This document shows, in pieces, positions 49,206 to 63,632 of a DNA stretch of 64,000 nucleotides. How positions within the stretch are numbered: the stretch's first letter is position 1; every line of letters begins with the position of its first letter. The stretch comes from Octopus bimaculoides (lineage: Eukaryota). The position numbers and the translations under genes were made by a program. Where the stretch lies: positions 130,001,172-130,065,171 of the forward strand of contig NC_068981.1 in NCBI RefSeq assembly GCF_001194135.2, given 5' to 3'. The notes beneath the pieces are model-generated. The model was not told the DNA's origin, made no database searches, and worked only from the letters and a program-made list of their open reading frames with translations.

Positions 49206-49684
49206 GGTGGAATTCTGGTTTAAGCAGCCCATATAATCTCTTGTAACTTTTCTATTTTTTGGAATTTTCAAAACATTTTTGAAAATTTGTGTTCTACACA
49301 TGGGAATTCATATGATTATGTAAAAAATCTTTTCCTTAAAACTTTTTTATTCCCCCCTATAAATCCTAAAAGTTCCACTATTTTTGGAATTTTTTCTTAA
49401 AATTCATTTAAAATATGGACAGTCTGAATTTTTTACTTAAATCCCAGCGATGGACTACCATTGGGTGCATCATCATTCCATTAAATGTGTTTATGGGGAG
49501 AAAAATATTGAATAGCATCAATACATGTTAGATTGACAAAGAAACAAGAAAGGTTTCAGTGGTTGTCAGATGTACTAAGAACAGCTAAATCGCCCATAAA
49601 TCACACAAATTTGCAAAAGTTTTCTGAAAATTCCAAACAAATTAGAAGAGTTATTATATGGGGTACTTAAACCAAAATTCCACC
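49206..49684. mobile_element. MITE with ~90-bp imperfect TIRs downstream of the DCAF11 stop
   Basis: GGTGGAATTCTGGTTTAAG..CCCATATAA / TTATATGGGGTACTTAAACCAAAATTCCACC. Confidence 0.75.
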
Positions 49685-52600
49685 TTTCTTTTATTAAAAC
49701 TTTTAGTTATAAAATCTAAGGAGATATGGAAGATAAAAACAATCCATGATCATCTTTGTAGCAAGATATAGCATCGTCATTTATGTGTGTCTGGAATTTC
49801 TTTCCACTATTTTTGAATAAATAAGTGTTATTTAGTTTTGTTTGTCATCTATATCATCATCATCATCATCAAGTGACATCTGCTTTCCATATTGACATGG
49901 GTTGGATGGTTTAGCAGGGAGCTGTCCAGACACCAGCTGTCTGTTTTGGCATGGTTTCTACAGATGGATACCCTTCCTAATGCTAACCACTTAACAGTGT
50001 GCTGGATCCTTTTTACATGCCACTAGCATGGGTGTGTTAACACAGCACCAGTACAGGTGCTTTTTAAGTGACACCAGCACCTGAAAGGACAAGCCTGTAT
50101 GTGTGGAAGACTGATTTTACTTAACTTGACATGTTTTATTAAGAACAACAAATCACCACATCTCCTGGTCCTTTGTCATTTCCTCAGTGAGACCAAGCAT
50201 CCGAAGATCCTTTCTCACCACTTCCACCCACGTTTTCCTGGGTCTACCCCTTCCACAGGTACCCTCTACAATTAGAGCTCAGCACTTCTTTATGCAGCTG
50301 TCAGTAAGTTAAATTACTGTCCTATTGAAATTCTCTTACCCCAAGTATTATTTTAGTGGCTGTTAAAAGCTGGAGTAAATCCTTGAACCCTTTAACATTT
50401 AAACTAGCCATATCTAACCCAAAATATTCTGTTACGGTCAAACTGGCCAGATCTGATCTCTCACACCTACCCTACAATGTTATTCTTAAAATAAACAATC
50501 ACAACATTGAAATCTTGTAGCTACAAGATAATGCATGATCAATTCAAAACAAAGTGGATAAATGAGCATTATATTTGACAGAGTAATCTCAATGCTAAAG
50601 GGTAAAAGACCCATTTGTAGCATCTATGGATCACTGTTTAGCAGAAACAATAAGTTTACTAGTGTAGCTAGAATGTGTGCCACCCCTGGCCCCCCACAAA
50701 AAAGTGGTGCCACCCGGGGCAGACTGCTCCCTTCCCTCTAGCTATGCTAGTGAATAGGTTATGATACAATAGATTAAACAGGAGATAAATTTGTTACTGG
50801 ATGAAGCTAGTCAGTTGCACACATTTTTCTGGAATATCTTGTCACCTGTTCTTTTGGGTTAGGTATACAGAGTCAATGTAGAACAGTGTTCTGTTTGAAA
50901 CAAAATATCTACAACAGATTTTAAGACATGATCTACACTTTTTTAAGAGTAAACTGAAATAATATCAAAGCAAATTTAGAAAAAAAAAAAAAACTTGAAT
51001 CAAGTTGAAATAATCTTAAAGTTAATTATAATAATCTCAGAGCAAATTAAACAATAGATCATCATTGTAATATCCACTTTTCCATGCTCGCATGAGTCAG
51101 ACAGAATTTGTTGAAGCAGATTTTCTGTCTGGATGCCCTTTTTGTCACCAATCCTCACCAACAGACTGGACATATTTTCATGTAAGATTGGAAATGAAGG
51201 AAAATAACTTGCAGGATAGTAACACTCATTTACAACTACACATGAAGGCAAGGAAACAGTAACACACACACATATATAAATGATAGGCTTCTTTCAGTTT
51301 CTGTCTACCAAATTCACTCACATGGAAGGCTTTGGTTGGCCTGGGGCTATAGCTGGAGACACAATGAAACTGAACCTAGAATCATGTGGTTGGGAAGCAA
51401 ACTTCTTACCACACAATTTTTTTGTCATTGATACAATGTTTTGTATTATTTACATATCTTTCTTTTCCTATTATTTTTAAAATAATAAAATAGTTCACTT
51501 TCAGAGTATACATGTAATAAGAATAGTGTGAAAGTACAAAATCCAGTTAGTTTAATATTTTGTATTGTATTTACAAAACAAAATTTTCCATCATCATATA
51601 ATGTTTGTTTTCCATATTTGGCATAGGTTGAACAGTTTGACTGGAACTGGCATGTCAGAAAACTGTACCAAGCTCTACTCTCTGGTTTGACATAATTTCT
51701 ATGGCTGGATGCCCTTCCTAATGCCAATCACTTTACATAGTGTACTGGGTGCTTATGTGGCACCAACACCAATAAGGTCACCTAGCAACTTGCAGGGCAA
51801 TACTCAACTGGTGGGGAGTAGTATTGAGGGACAGAAAAGAGAGAGAAGATGGTGAAAATGTGATAGGTGTATGCCCCCCCCCCCACAACCTAAGTTACAG
51901 AGTGGTGTATATGGTGAAGTGGACCAAGGATTGGGGAGCATGTGTAGGTGGGTGATTTCACAGGTTTGCAAAAGGAAGCTGGTGATGCTAGAGGGAGGGG
52001 ATATTAGGAGGATATGTTGTGGGGGAGGTATTCAACAGGGACATATTGTATAGCATTATCACCAGTATTTAATGTCTGTTTTTTCCAATCAGGCATTGGT
52101 TGGATAGCTTGAGAGGAACTAGCAAGACCAGGGGCCACACCAGGTTCTATAGTTCATTTTGGCATGATTTCTACAGCTTGATGCTCTTCATAATGCCACT
52201 TTACAGAGTGTACTGGGTGCGCTTCACATGGCACCAGCACCCACACCAATGTTTTTTCATGTGGCACATGTATTTTAATTTTCAAATCTAGTTAAAAGTA
52301 TTCTGTTGTTTCTTCAATTTTCATGAGATTAATTGCAATAATTTATGGATAAAATTTTTCATGAAATTCTTCCCTGGCCAAGCTGCCCACATTCATTTTC
52401 TGAAAGGTGTTCAGAGAATTGCAATGGTTTGCTAGCAACGTTTTTTTGTCTCTCTCTCTCTCTCTCTCTCTCTCAATACCCTATCTTGAACAAAAATTGA
52501 GTCCAGTTCCTTTAGCAATGAGTATACTGTTGCCATGAACAAAGGAACCTACTATGATGGATCTATTTTTCCATCAAAGAATGAAACTTGCAACAACTGT

Positions 52601-54383
52601 AAAGAGGTTGCACATTTTTGGTAAACATGTCAGTCAAAAAGAGCTACAGCATCATTATCTACAATTCTTCCTATAACAGGGGCACAACAAAGAAATGGAC
52701 TTGAACAATGCTAATCAGCAAATATATGGCTAATCAATATATTGATACTTTACTCAATTCAGTTAGTGTTACCAATCTCTCATTCTCAACTTTGCAGGAA
52801 TATCTTTAAACTGTCCTGGCAGCTCAATCCAAACAGATGACTTTAAACATTAATATGAACCATTACAGAATTTTTATGTCGTTCAATATATTCCAACTTT
52901 GGCAACCAACATTTTTTTTTTATTTTCTAAATTTAATGACTTGAAACTAATTGCTACTAAATCTTGCCACTTTTTCCTATTTGATAAAAGGACAAAGAAA
53001 GATATTAAATGGTTTTTTTTTATGATGACAATATTGAGTCCACAGTCTCTCCATTGTAAGCCTATGTGGTAGCAGTAAGAAACAGAGGCAAAAACAATAT
53101 ATCTTGTCTTGATGATTTACAAACAATAAATTACTACTGCACTGTAGAAGCTTGTCTGCTTCCTAATACTGAAAATCTTATGTGTTCTATTCTCAACAAA
53201 TTCTACAACAAACTGGATCAAAAAGAAGCATACCATTAGATTCCAATCCAAAATGACGATAAGAGATATACTGCATTTGAAGTTGATTGAAGGTTTAGTG
53301 TATCTAATACTGCAAGTACTTTTCAAAGAACAATAAATAGTTACTGACAATCAAAGGCATTTACACCTATCTCAATGTAATTGTCATTGGCAAAACCATT
53401 TACTGCCTGTACATTCAAAAATACACAGGCAGTGAATTTTTCCAGCATTTTAGCTTACATATCTTTAACACATGCCTCAATTTCATTTTATTTTATTTTT
53501 ACCTCATTCAGATTATACTGGTGCAGATTTATCAGTTTATTACTTTTCTTTAATCTATTTTCTCTACTAATGGCTAAAGGCAGTCAGAAAGAGAATAATG
53601 TCGTACATTATGTATAACAATATCAGTGACATTAAAAGTTGATTTTTTTTTAAAAATCAACTTATTCAAAAAAGGATCTTCTTGGAGTAGGAAGACTGAA
53701 ACAGCAAATTTTGAAAATGACATTGGTATTATGATGGAATAAAGATTTCAATCAGTATTTCATTTATCTAACATAAACATCATCATCAACATCTATTTTT
53801 CCTTACTGGCATAGATTGGATGGTTTGGTAGGGCCTGGCAAACCATAGGCCCACATCAAGTTCTAATGTCAGCTTTGGCATAGTTTCTATGGTTGGATGC
53901 CCTTCCTGAGGTCAACACTTTACAGTGTGTTCTGGGTGCATTTTCCCATGCTACTGGCACTAGTGAGATTGCCAAGTAACTTGCAAAGCAAGAAAAGAAC
54001 AAAAAGGGGGAAAAGTAAAAGAAGAAAGTCTCCTTGACTAAATGGGAGTGGTAATATTTGAGAGGGAGAAGAGGGATGCTGGTTCTATGCCAGGTGTTGA
54101 CAGGCTATTTATTGTGTGAGGGATAACAAGCCCAGGTGTTTTGCTTTAGAGATACAAGGCTACCCTGCGTTATATAAGGGTATTGGGAGTAACTGGAAAG
54201 CTGGAACATCTCAAGATATGAGGTGGGTGTTAGGATGCAGACAGTGGATTGTGCGTGATGTAGAGGGAAAAGAATTTTCAGAGTGAAAGAAAGATTTCTA
54301 CATAATTGAAATATATTTAGTCTTAAAAGTTATATACAGATCAACAATAATCAAATGTAATGGTATAAAGAACAAGAATGAAA

Positions 54384-54464
54384 TACAAGGGGGTGCTGAA
54401 AAGTTCCTGGCTTTGGGCAAAAAAAAAAAAACAACAACAAGATCATTTAATTATGATTTTATTC
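54384..54464. mobile_element. mariner-like terminal inverted repeat next to a gap
   Basis: TACAAGGGGGTGCTGAAAAGTTCCTGG, similar to the TIR at 16203. Confidence 0.5.
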
Positions 54465-55817
54465 NNNNNNNNNNNNNNNNNNNNNNNNNNNNNNNNNNNN
54501 NNNNNNNNNNNNNNNNNNNNNNNNNNNNNNNNNNNNNNNNNNNNNNNNNNNNNNNNNNNNNNNNNNNNNNNNNNNNNNNNNNNNNNNNNNNNNNNNNNNN
54601 NNNNNNNNNNNNNNNNNNNNNNNNNNNNNNNNNNNNNNNNNNNNNNNNNNNNNNNNNNNNNNNNNNNNNNNNNNNNNNNNNNNNNNNNNNNNNNNNNNNN
54701 NNNNNNNNNNNNNNNNNNNNNNNNNNNNNNNNNNNNNNNNNNNNNNNNNNNNNNNNNNNNNNNNNNNNNNNNNNNNNNNNNNNNNNNNNNNNNNNNNNNN
54801 NNNNNNNNNNNNNNNNNNNNNNNNNNNNNNNNNNNNNNNNNNNNNNNNNNNNNNNNNNNNNNNNNNNNNNNNNNNNNNNNNNNNNNNNNNNNNNNNNNNN
54901 NNNNNNNNNNNNNNNNNNNNNNNNNNNNNNNNNNNNNNNNNNNNNNNNNNNNNNNNNNNNNNNNNNNNNNNNNNNNNNNNNNNNNNNNNNNNNNNNNNNN
55001 NNNNNNNNNNNNNNNNNNNNNNNNNNNNNNNNNNNNNNNNNNNNNNNNNNNNNNNNNNNNNNNNNNNNNNNNNNNNNNNNNNNNNNNNAAAAAAGTTATT
55101 CTTTTGATTTCAAATAAATAGTCCATTTTGTTTTTGCTTCTTGTAAAAAATATACTCATTTTTATAAAATTCATTTGCTGGGGGAACATTTTGTGTATGT
55201 TTTTTGTGTATCCAAAATTGTAAAAACACAGTTACTCAACATGTTTGATACACTGCGGAAAAATATTTTTACTTCCCCCAATCTCTTAAAAACTTGACCA
55301 AAATATGTCTATTGCTAGAATTGTTACTTTCTATTTTTTCTTAAAATATTTGTGTTAGCCCTCCATCTTTTTTTTTTACTCCCTTTTACCTCCAATAAAA
55401 AAAAAAAATATATTTTCATATTTCTGTGACACAACAAAATTTAGCATGCATTTCAGCTAAGTTCATAAACAGAATGCAAATGCATATTATTATGTTACTG
55501 TGGCATCTGCAGAAAGCTATGCAATGTTGTTGAATTTTAGCATATCCTTCAAAGTTTGTCAAATTTATATTAGGCATTTCAGAAAAGACAGTCAATTTAA
55601 CAGAAGTATCTACATTATTCAATTACCCATTCAATTCTGGTACCCACAATATAAATGTATGTATATGTGCATGTGTGTATGATAATGTTAAAAATATATT
55701 TGTGTTTTTAGATAACTGAGGGGATCTATTCATTGGATTCTGACTGTCTGATTTCAGACTTGTATTCACCTTGTGCGCATGTACAACAGAGTCAATAACA
55801 AAGGGGTTGGTATTCAT

Positions 55818-56230
55818 TCAAACACCAACTTCTTGCTTAAAATGAGAAGGAGTCTGATTATGATTGGTCAAGTTCCCTAATTTGAACTGAGACTCAACTT
55901 GCATACTGGAAGGTGTCAGTGAAGTATCATGAGGATCCGTGAGTGTTTGATGAGGATGCTGGTCGTGTATATTAACTGTGATTGAACAGTCATTAGACAG
56001 AGGACTACTGCAGGTCAGAGGTGACTGGCTAAAAGGGGAAGTGTCAAGTGAATTGCTGCTGCCAACTGTGTCTTGAAGAATTATTTGGGAATCACCATTC
56101 TGACCATTAATAATGTTCTCCACAGCTTGATTTCCAAGCTGGTCAGGAAAACTGGGATTTGATAATAAATGAGGTTGAAGACTAACTGCTGAAACCGCTG
56201 CTGAGGAATGTCCAATTTCACTATTTGCTC
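55818..56230 (-). CDS. HNF4: HNF4 terminal exon, Ser/Pro/Gln/Thr-rich F domain ending FKQEVGV*
   Basis: catttccag acceptor, phase fits the previous exon, ORF open to stop; KQEV resembles the vertebrate HNF4A C-terminus. Confidence 0.8.
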
Positions 56231-59200
56231 CTGGAAATGATAATAATAATAATAAATAATAATGATAATAACAAACATTAACAATAATAATCCTTTCTAC
56301 TATAAGCACAAGGCCTGAAGTTTAGTGGGAGGGGGGCTAATTGATTACATTGACCCCAGTGTTTAAATGGTACATATTTCATCGATCCCGAAAGGATGAA
56401 AGGCAAAGTCAACCCCGGCAGAATTTGAACACAAACTGTAAAGACAGACAAAATGCTGCTAAGCATTTTGCCTGGCATGCTAATGATTCTGCCAGCTCGC
56501 CAGTTTAATAATAATAATAAATAAATACACAACAAGTTAAAATTATGGCATACTAACAGTTACCTACAGCATAACTAGCAGACTGATATGATATCACTGT
56601 AATGGCTAGACTATCAGATGTTGCTATACATCGCTGGTCACAATGCACTTCCTTGTATTGTTATAACTTTCAAATGATGCTACCCCTATAGCTAGGTGGA
56701 CAGGCCAACATTATCTCTGAATGTCGCACAAGTTACTCGCTGGGTTATCCATTTACAGCTTAGTGGACTGAAGCAATGTAAAATGAAGTGTTTCATTCAA
56801 GAACACAATGCACAACCATTCTGAGAATCAAAACTACAATCTTGTAATCATGAGGACAGCACCCCGACCACTAGGCCATGTACTTGTATATATAAGCTAG
56901 GAAATATTTTCCCTTTTCTTCAGACCAGACATGTTTTCTTGGAAGATTGCAAACAAAATGTCATCACTTGTGTACAACAGTGACACTTGTTTACAATTAG
57001 TATACAATGTCAAAACAACACCCACACGTGACAGGCTTCTTTTTAGTTTCAACCTATTAAATTTGCTGTCAAGTTTTTGGTCGGCCCTTTATGCATGTGT
57101 ATGTGTCGGCTTTGAATTTGCATTGACTACAATGCCCTGTGTTCTGACTCTCTGTTCTGAATTTAGATCCTGTGGAGACCAGCCTTGTCTTTATTACTTT
57201 CAGAGTTGATTAAAAAGACTACTAATCCAGGGTCAGGATATGACAGAGATGTTGCAATGAAATATGACAGAGAGGTGCAGTATTGAGATATGGTAGCAAG
57301 CTGTTTGAGTGAGGCAATGAGATATCATTGGGACACAGTAGTGAGATATAATAAAGAGATGACAGATAGAACAGAGAACTAAAAAACAAGATGTAAAGCG
57401 ATGTAGTAAGTAAATATGAGAAACAACCATTGTATAATGTTCCTGAGCAAAATGTCACACTATACTTGCTCCAGTTTGCCTGACTGATCAGTTCAGGCTC
57501 TACTACACAATGGTTGAATAGTAAGTGGACAGTAGCATAGTTAGTTGGGGTGCAAGGAGTAGCAGTTTGCTCAGGTGATGCTCTTATGGGGGGAAACATC
57601 TTTAGGTCTCCTGTATAACTGTACAGGCTTGGGGTTTGGTTTGGGCGGTGGGGAAAAAACTTAAGGGTTGTTCCGAGTGACACACTCTTTAGCTATTCCA
57701 CTGTAAATAATTTTCATACAAAAATATTCCACTCACAACTTGAGAAGACCCATGAAACCAAGAAAAATTGTAGTCGTGGCCAATGCTGGTGTCACATAAC
57801 TGGCACCTGTGCTGGTGACATGTAAAAAGCACCCTTTGAATGTTGGATCTCACAGAGGCAATGATAAGTGACTGAAACCTTTGGCGATATGCTGTGCTTG
57901 AGAAGACCCATCAAACCAAGTGAAATCATAGTTATGGCCGATGCTGGCATCTGTGCTGGTGGCATGTAAAAAGCACCCATTACACTCTTGGAGTGGTTGA
58001 CATTAGGAAGGGCATCCAGCCATAGACACCATACCAAATCAGATTGGAACCTAGTGCAGCCTTCCAGCTTATCAGTTTCAGTCAAACCGTCTAACCCATG
58101 CCAGCATGGAAAGCAGACACTAAATGATTATGATGATGATGAACAGCAGAGGAAAGTTTTTTTTTTTTTGTTGCTTACCTCCAAGTAACATTTCTTGAAG
58201 AAGATTGTCTATTTTAGCTACCCCAAATATTTTGGCCATCTGAATCTGTTCTATCATCTGCCAAGTTATGCTCTGTAAGACAGGTAAAATAAGCAAAATT
58301 TCTCCAAATCGACCACGGCATTCATATTGTCTGTCATTGATATAATCTTCAAGATTCACTTGAGCTTGGCATCGATACGTTTTTATTCGGTGGCTGTCAA
58401 TTAAACCTCTGGCACCTAACAAAGAAAATTAAACATTGGTTTGGTTATTGGAGACAGATAAATGATTAAGGTTTCAAATTTCGGAATTTATCCAAACAAG
58501 TGTAAATACACATTTATACATATATACAATGATTTCATAGACAGAAAGTAAAAGAAGCCTGTCGTGTGTGTGTAGCATGGGTTAGACAGTTTGGCTGGAA
58601 CTGGTAAGCCAGAGAGCTGCACCAGACTCCAGTCTGTTTTGGCTTGGTTTCTACAGCTGGATGCCATTCCTAACACCAACCACTTTACAGAGTGTATTGG
58701 GTGCCTTTCACATGTCACCAGCACTAGTCACAACCATGATTTCACTTAGCTATATATATATATATATATATATCAGGTTTTCCCATAAGTTCTTTCTGAA
58801 TTTTGAATAAAGAAAGCAAGTGATCAAATGTCATATTTAATTGAAATTTAATTACCAATGTACTTTCCCTGATTATCTATGACTTCCTTCCATCTATTTA
58901 CAAGCTTTTTAATCCCATCAATGTAAAACTCTTTTGGTTTCAAAGCGAAGAACTCTTAAGTGTCAGTTTCGACCACCTCCTGGCTTACGAAAGTTATGTC
59001 CCCCAAATGATTCTGTAAACTATGAAACAAATGGTAGTCTGAAGGAACAAGGTCAGGAGAATAAGGTGGACGAGGAATTTTTTCCTAACCAAGCTTTCGA
59101 TCTTCTGTGATGTGATCTTTGCAGTTGGGGGTTGCGCATTGTCCTGATGAAACATCACTCCTTTTTGATTCACTAAAGCGAGTCGTTTTTTTCCTCAAAG

Positions 59201-62200
59201 CTTGGTTCAAGTGCTCTAATTGCTAATAATAAACTTGAGCATTGATTGTTGCATTTGGTGGTAACAATTCAAAGTGAATTACTCCTTTGCAATCGCACCA
59301 GATGGACAGAAGAACCTTTTTCCCATGATGTTCCCTTCTCAGTTGTGGTTGAGCTTTTTCCCTTTTACCAAGCCACTGTTTACGATGTTTAACATTCCAA
59401 TAGAAAATCTATTTTTCATCACCAGTCTATCCAAAAAGGGTAAAATGAGTTTGCGAGAATGGAGAGAAGAGCAGATGTGAACTCGGGATTTGCGGTTGCT
59501 TTCGGACAATTCATGAGGCACCCATTTTCCAAGTTTAGGAAACTTTCCAAGTTGTTGAAGATGACAATGAACAGTTGCATGGTTTGAACTAAACTTTATT
59601 GCCAGTTCTTCAAATGATAATGCAGGATTTTGTTCAAGTAATGCCTCAAGGAGCTTATTGTCAAACTCAACAGGATGTCCTGTTCGATCTTCGTCTTCAA
59701 GGCTGAAATCTCCACTTCTGAATTTTGCAAACTATCTTCTGCAAGTTCTTTCTTTCAAGCATTCTTTCCCATAAACTGAGTGTATGTTTTGAGTTGCTTC
59801 GGCTGCAGAGTTTCCTTTTTTGTATTCATAAAGCATGATGTGCCTTCAATGCTCTTTGGATACTTCCATGTCATTTGCATGATCATTTATAACAAAATAT
59901 AACTAATTTCTATTCAAGTTTAAATTATAAATTTCTGAAAAGTATTAACAAAACTAGAATCTTTAGAAAGTTTTATTTTGACTAGGAACAAACATCCAAT
60001 ATTTTAGGAATAGGAAACTGGAATTAATAGCCTTCATGTCTTCCCCCAAGGATATCAGTAAAAGGAAGTGAAACAGCAACAACCCTTAATCAAAATCGAT
60101 TTCATGATCTCGCTCTGCTTGAGAGAATGTCTTTGAAAAGGTCCAGTATGGTTGAATGCATTTGGTTTTCTCACTGCTTGCTGCTGGGGTGATTTTTTGT
60201 GTCTGTCTGATATTGCGTTTTTTAATACAGTGATTAGATGTTATCTCAGGACAAATACCACAATAACTAGCCTATCAATGGTGTATATATATTATGTATG
60301 ATACATAGATGGCGAATTTAATAGTAAAATGGCTCACGGAAGGATACCTTGAGATGACCTTGTAAAAAATAGAGCTATTATTTTACCTGGATCAAAGAAT
60401 ATGATTCCTTTAAGACATGCAAATTCCGAGTCATCAATATCTACTTCTTGCAAAGGCTTTACAATTTCATCAATCACTCTGCCACAAATATGTGACATTT
60501 CAGTATTTGCTACATGTCGAGAAATCACAGAATCATTTCCTAGAAGTAAAACATCTTTCAGTTGTAATGAACGTCTGGCAACACCTAACAGAAGGTGTTC
60601 TCCTGCATGAGCCCGTAATAAAGCTACCTAAAGGAAGAAAATAATGGAAATAATGCAACATTCAGATTGGTTTAGGTTTTAGAAATCAAATCATGTATTA
60701 AATACATTCATTTTAGTGCTATTGAGATTATACATTGTCTTTTAAGAGTCTCACAGATAGTAAATATTTCAGGGTAAAGCATAACTGATAGAATTGTACA
60801 GGCATCATAAAAAAAGACTTTTCAAGTACTGCATCGAAAACAAGTCAGCTTGCTTCTTTCCAAGCATTGATTATACAGAACATTTCTGTACCTTTTTATA
60901 GCAGCTTTTATAGTACCTTTTTATAGATTTATCCAGCAAACACAAACAGTTAATCTTTTGAATAACTGGACAATATCTTAACTGTTCTAACTCTTCATCT
61001 AGAAGTTGAAAAATTAGCAACTTCTTGAAAGCGGAGAATTAAAGTGCAACAGTGCATGTTTCATAGCAACTAGAAATCTTCACACAAGGTAACAAGTTCA
61101 ATTCTAAATGTGAGTTTTACAAACCAACTAACAGCATGGCCACTGAGCTATTCCGTTGTCCTTTATGATATGATATGTTATAAAATTTGAAATAAAACAT
61201 ACTGATTGGTACCAAATGTATCAAGACCATGATTGACCAGTGTAAGCATTATAATATTGGCTGGCCTTGCATCCTTGGATATGGTAACAAGACAATATCA
61301 TTGATACAGTATCATTTAAAATGTGTTTCTTTTTTTATTTAAAAAGAACAATGAATAGTTCACAAGCTGCTAGATTTTCAGTCTCAAATTTTAAACAGCC
61401 AATCATTCCTGTTGTATTTATTAATAACATTATAACTAAAGCAAATCTGTTTTGAAAGTGGCTTTAAAGAAGGCTAAAACTAATTGAGTTAAAGTATGTA
61501 CTACTACTCCTTAGGGTCCATAGTTAAGCATTATTGATGCAACAACTAAGGTAACAGAAAAGGTTAACAGGGACTGACATTAATTCATAAGATATTTTAT
61601 GATAATTTTATGTGGACTGCTCATCTACCTGATCATCTAGCTGTAGTTCTCCAAAACATGGAATGTATTTAGCCCATTCAACTAAAACCAGTAGTTGTTG
61701 TTTCATGGACTCGCAGACATCATTTGGTGTAGCCATCTTTTTACTTGCTAAGTTATCTGTGTTTGGTTGACTTATTACCTGTAACAGAAATAGGAAAACA
61801 GAATTATTTCTGATCTGATGAGTTGAATAAGATCTTGGTTTTCAAAAACAATATTATATCTTGTAAGCAGTTAATTTCATCTAATTGGAGTATTTTATAT
61901 ATTAATCTTCTTGAAAGTTTTAATTTATGATCATCAATCTTGGGATAACACTCATTTTCTGTTGTAGGTAGTAGTCTAGGACAAATAAAATCTAGTTTGA
62001 ATTACAATTGGTACCACAAGATCTAAACACATGACCTTGTAGTCTATAGCAAAACAAAAGATGAACTGCTCATCATTAATAAGAAAATAATTTTGTTCTG
62101 AATAGTTAACATCTTTTTTAACTTCTACACCTACCATTCATATTCTGAGCTGAATATATAAAATAAATGTTGTTCGGTTGACTGTCAAGACTTTATTATT

Positions 62201-62718
62201 CACTTACAATTTTTAAACATTTACCTAGTACTCAACTGTCTTCTCAAGTCTCTACAGTTCCCATGTCTTAACAGTTTGCTAAGTATTCTACCCCAATCAA
62301 TATTGACATCAGACCACTTTTCTCTGCAATCCCCATTCCCCTTGTTTCACCTCTCAAATCCTGCAATAAATACTTTACCCATCTGACAGGAGGTCCCACT
62401 GCTAATCTGTGATAATTCAAAGTTAATTCATTTTAACTACCCTAACCATGCCTAGTTATTCCTATGTTTCAATGTAAGAAACCCAGAAGTTATAGACACT
62501 GCTCTTGCTCCTTAGATTAATGAATAATAATAATAATTTTTAAAATCTCCAGCTACTTAATTTTACACTGACAGCCTGTCTATTGTTTCAAATAATACTC
62601 ACTTCTCTTGACATTAACTCAGCATTTAAAAGTGAAGAAATTGATAAAGATGAGCTGGTGCCCAGATCTTCATAACTTGTTCGCCGAATGCTGATGCGAT
62701 CTCTTTCATTCTGTACCG
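55818..62718 (-). CDS. HNF4: Hepatocyte nuclear factor 4 (NR2A), 3' five exons (partial; DNA-binding exons not in window)
   Basis: complement join(62603-62718,61629-61778,60387-60627,58179-58415,55818-56230), all GT-AG with chained phases; [64 protein letters not shown]. Confidence 0.96.
58179..58415 (-). CDS. HNF4: HNF4 LBD/AF-2 exon (GARGL...[13 protein letters not shown])
   Basis: tgttag / gtaagc, 237 nt. Confidence 0.96.
58771..60002 (-). mobile_element. decayed mariner in an HNF4 intron
   Basis: [15 protein letters not shown] on minus near 59035-59078; TA-TCAGGTTTTCCCATAA TIR at 58771; ~1.23-kb length. Confidence 0.8.
60387..60627 (-). CDS. HNF4: HNF4 LBD exon ([15 protein letters not shown]...LKGIIFFDP)
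   Basis: cctttag / gtaaaa, 241 nt. Confidence 0.96.
61629..61778 (-). CDS. HNF4: HNF4 LBD exon (VISQ...[31 protein letters not shown])
   Basis: ttacag / gtagat, 150 nt, phase 0 to 0. Confidence 0.95.
62603..62718 (-). CDS. HNF4: HNF4 hinge exon ([18 protein letters not shown]...AELMSRE)
   Basis: cttgaag acceptor, gtgagt donor; NR T-box motif AVQNERD. Confidence 0.95.
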
Positions 62719-63592
62719 CTTCAAGAGACAAGAAATTATGCAAAACTAGAGATATGCAATAAATTTAGATCATGTTTAAAACCAAACATTTAAAAAAAAT
62801 TCTATGACAGGCAGAATAAATTAGGAGACAAGTAATTATTGAAAATGTTCTATTTAAAAAAACAAATAAAAAGACAATCATTATCTTACAGATAATCTGA
62901 CAAACATGGGATTAAACATACTTGATTTACACATATTGAGAATACTAGATATTGGCAAAACTATTAAGATACCAACTTATTAACCACACAATCAAGGTGG
63001 CTTATGATATTTGTTATGATTCTCTACATTCTGAATTCAAAATCATACCATGGCTGACCTTGCCAGAGTCAATGAATAAAAAACCAACGAAATACAGAGG
63101 TTGATCCTCTCAGTCTCTCTCTCTCTCTGTATATATAAGTTATAATAAGGAAGTCAAACCAAATGATATTTTTGAAAGTGTTTAATATGAATGTTTCAGG
63201 TCATCGTGCAATATAGAAAAGGAAATATATCCTTACACAAGACCTTCCTCAGTTAATACATTTCAAAATCAGTCTCTCTCTCTCTCATATGTATATATAA
63301 ATTGGCTATGTGAGGTGGGTACAAAAGGAGTATGAGGATAGGATACAGCAAAAAAGAACCAAAAGGTTCATAGTTTGTATACTATTACTACTGCTACTAC
63401 TATTACACTGTGTCTCTAAGGCATTTAACTCTCAACAGCGCAGGCACTGTTTAAGTGTTGAATGTGTCATTAGCATATGGTGCTGAGCTCAAATTCTTTA
63501 TATAATATAGAGAAAACAAAAATAAAATAAATAAAATGATGCCACTCTAACCTTCATTGAACTAATATCTGAAAATAAATGCTTCATTAATG

Positions 63593-63632
<40 letters not shown>

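Noticed and set aside
57222-57683. 153-aa minus-strand ORF in an HNF4 intron
   Set aside because: Its 3' half is a degenerate low-complexity repeat, it has no domain, and it is not needed for the HNF4 exon chain.
20549-62718. Lipid-metabolism cluster (ACSF3 with HNF4)
   Set aside because: Only proximity supports it; there is no shared regulatory evidence in the sequence.
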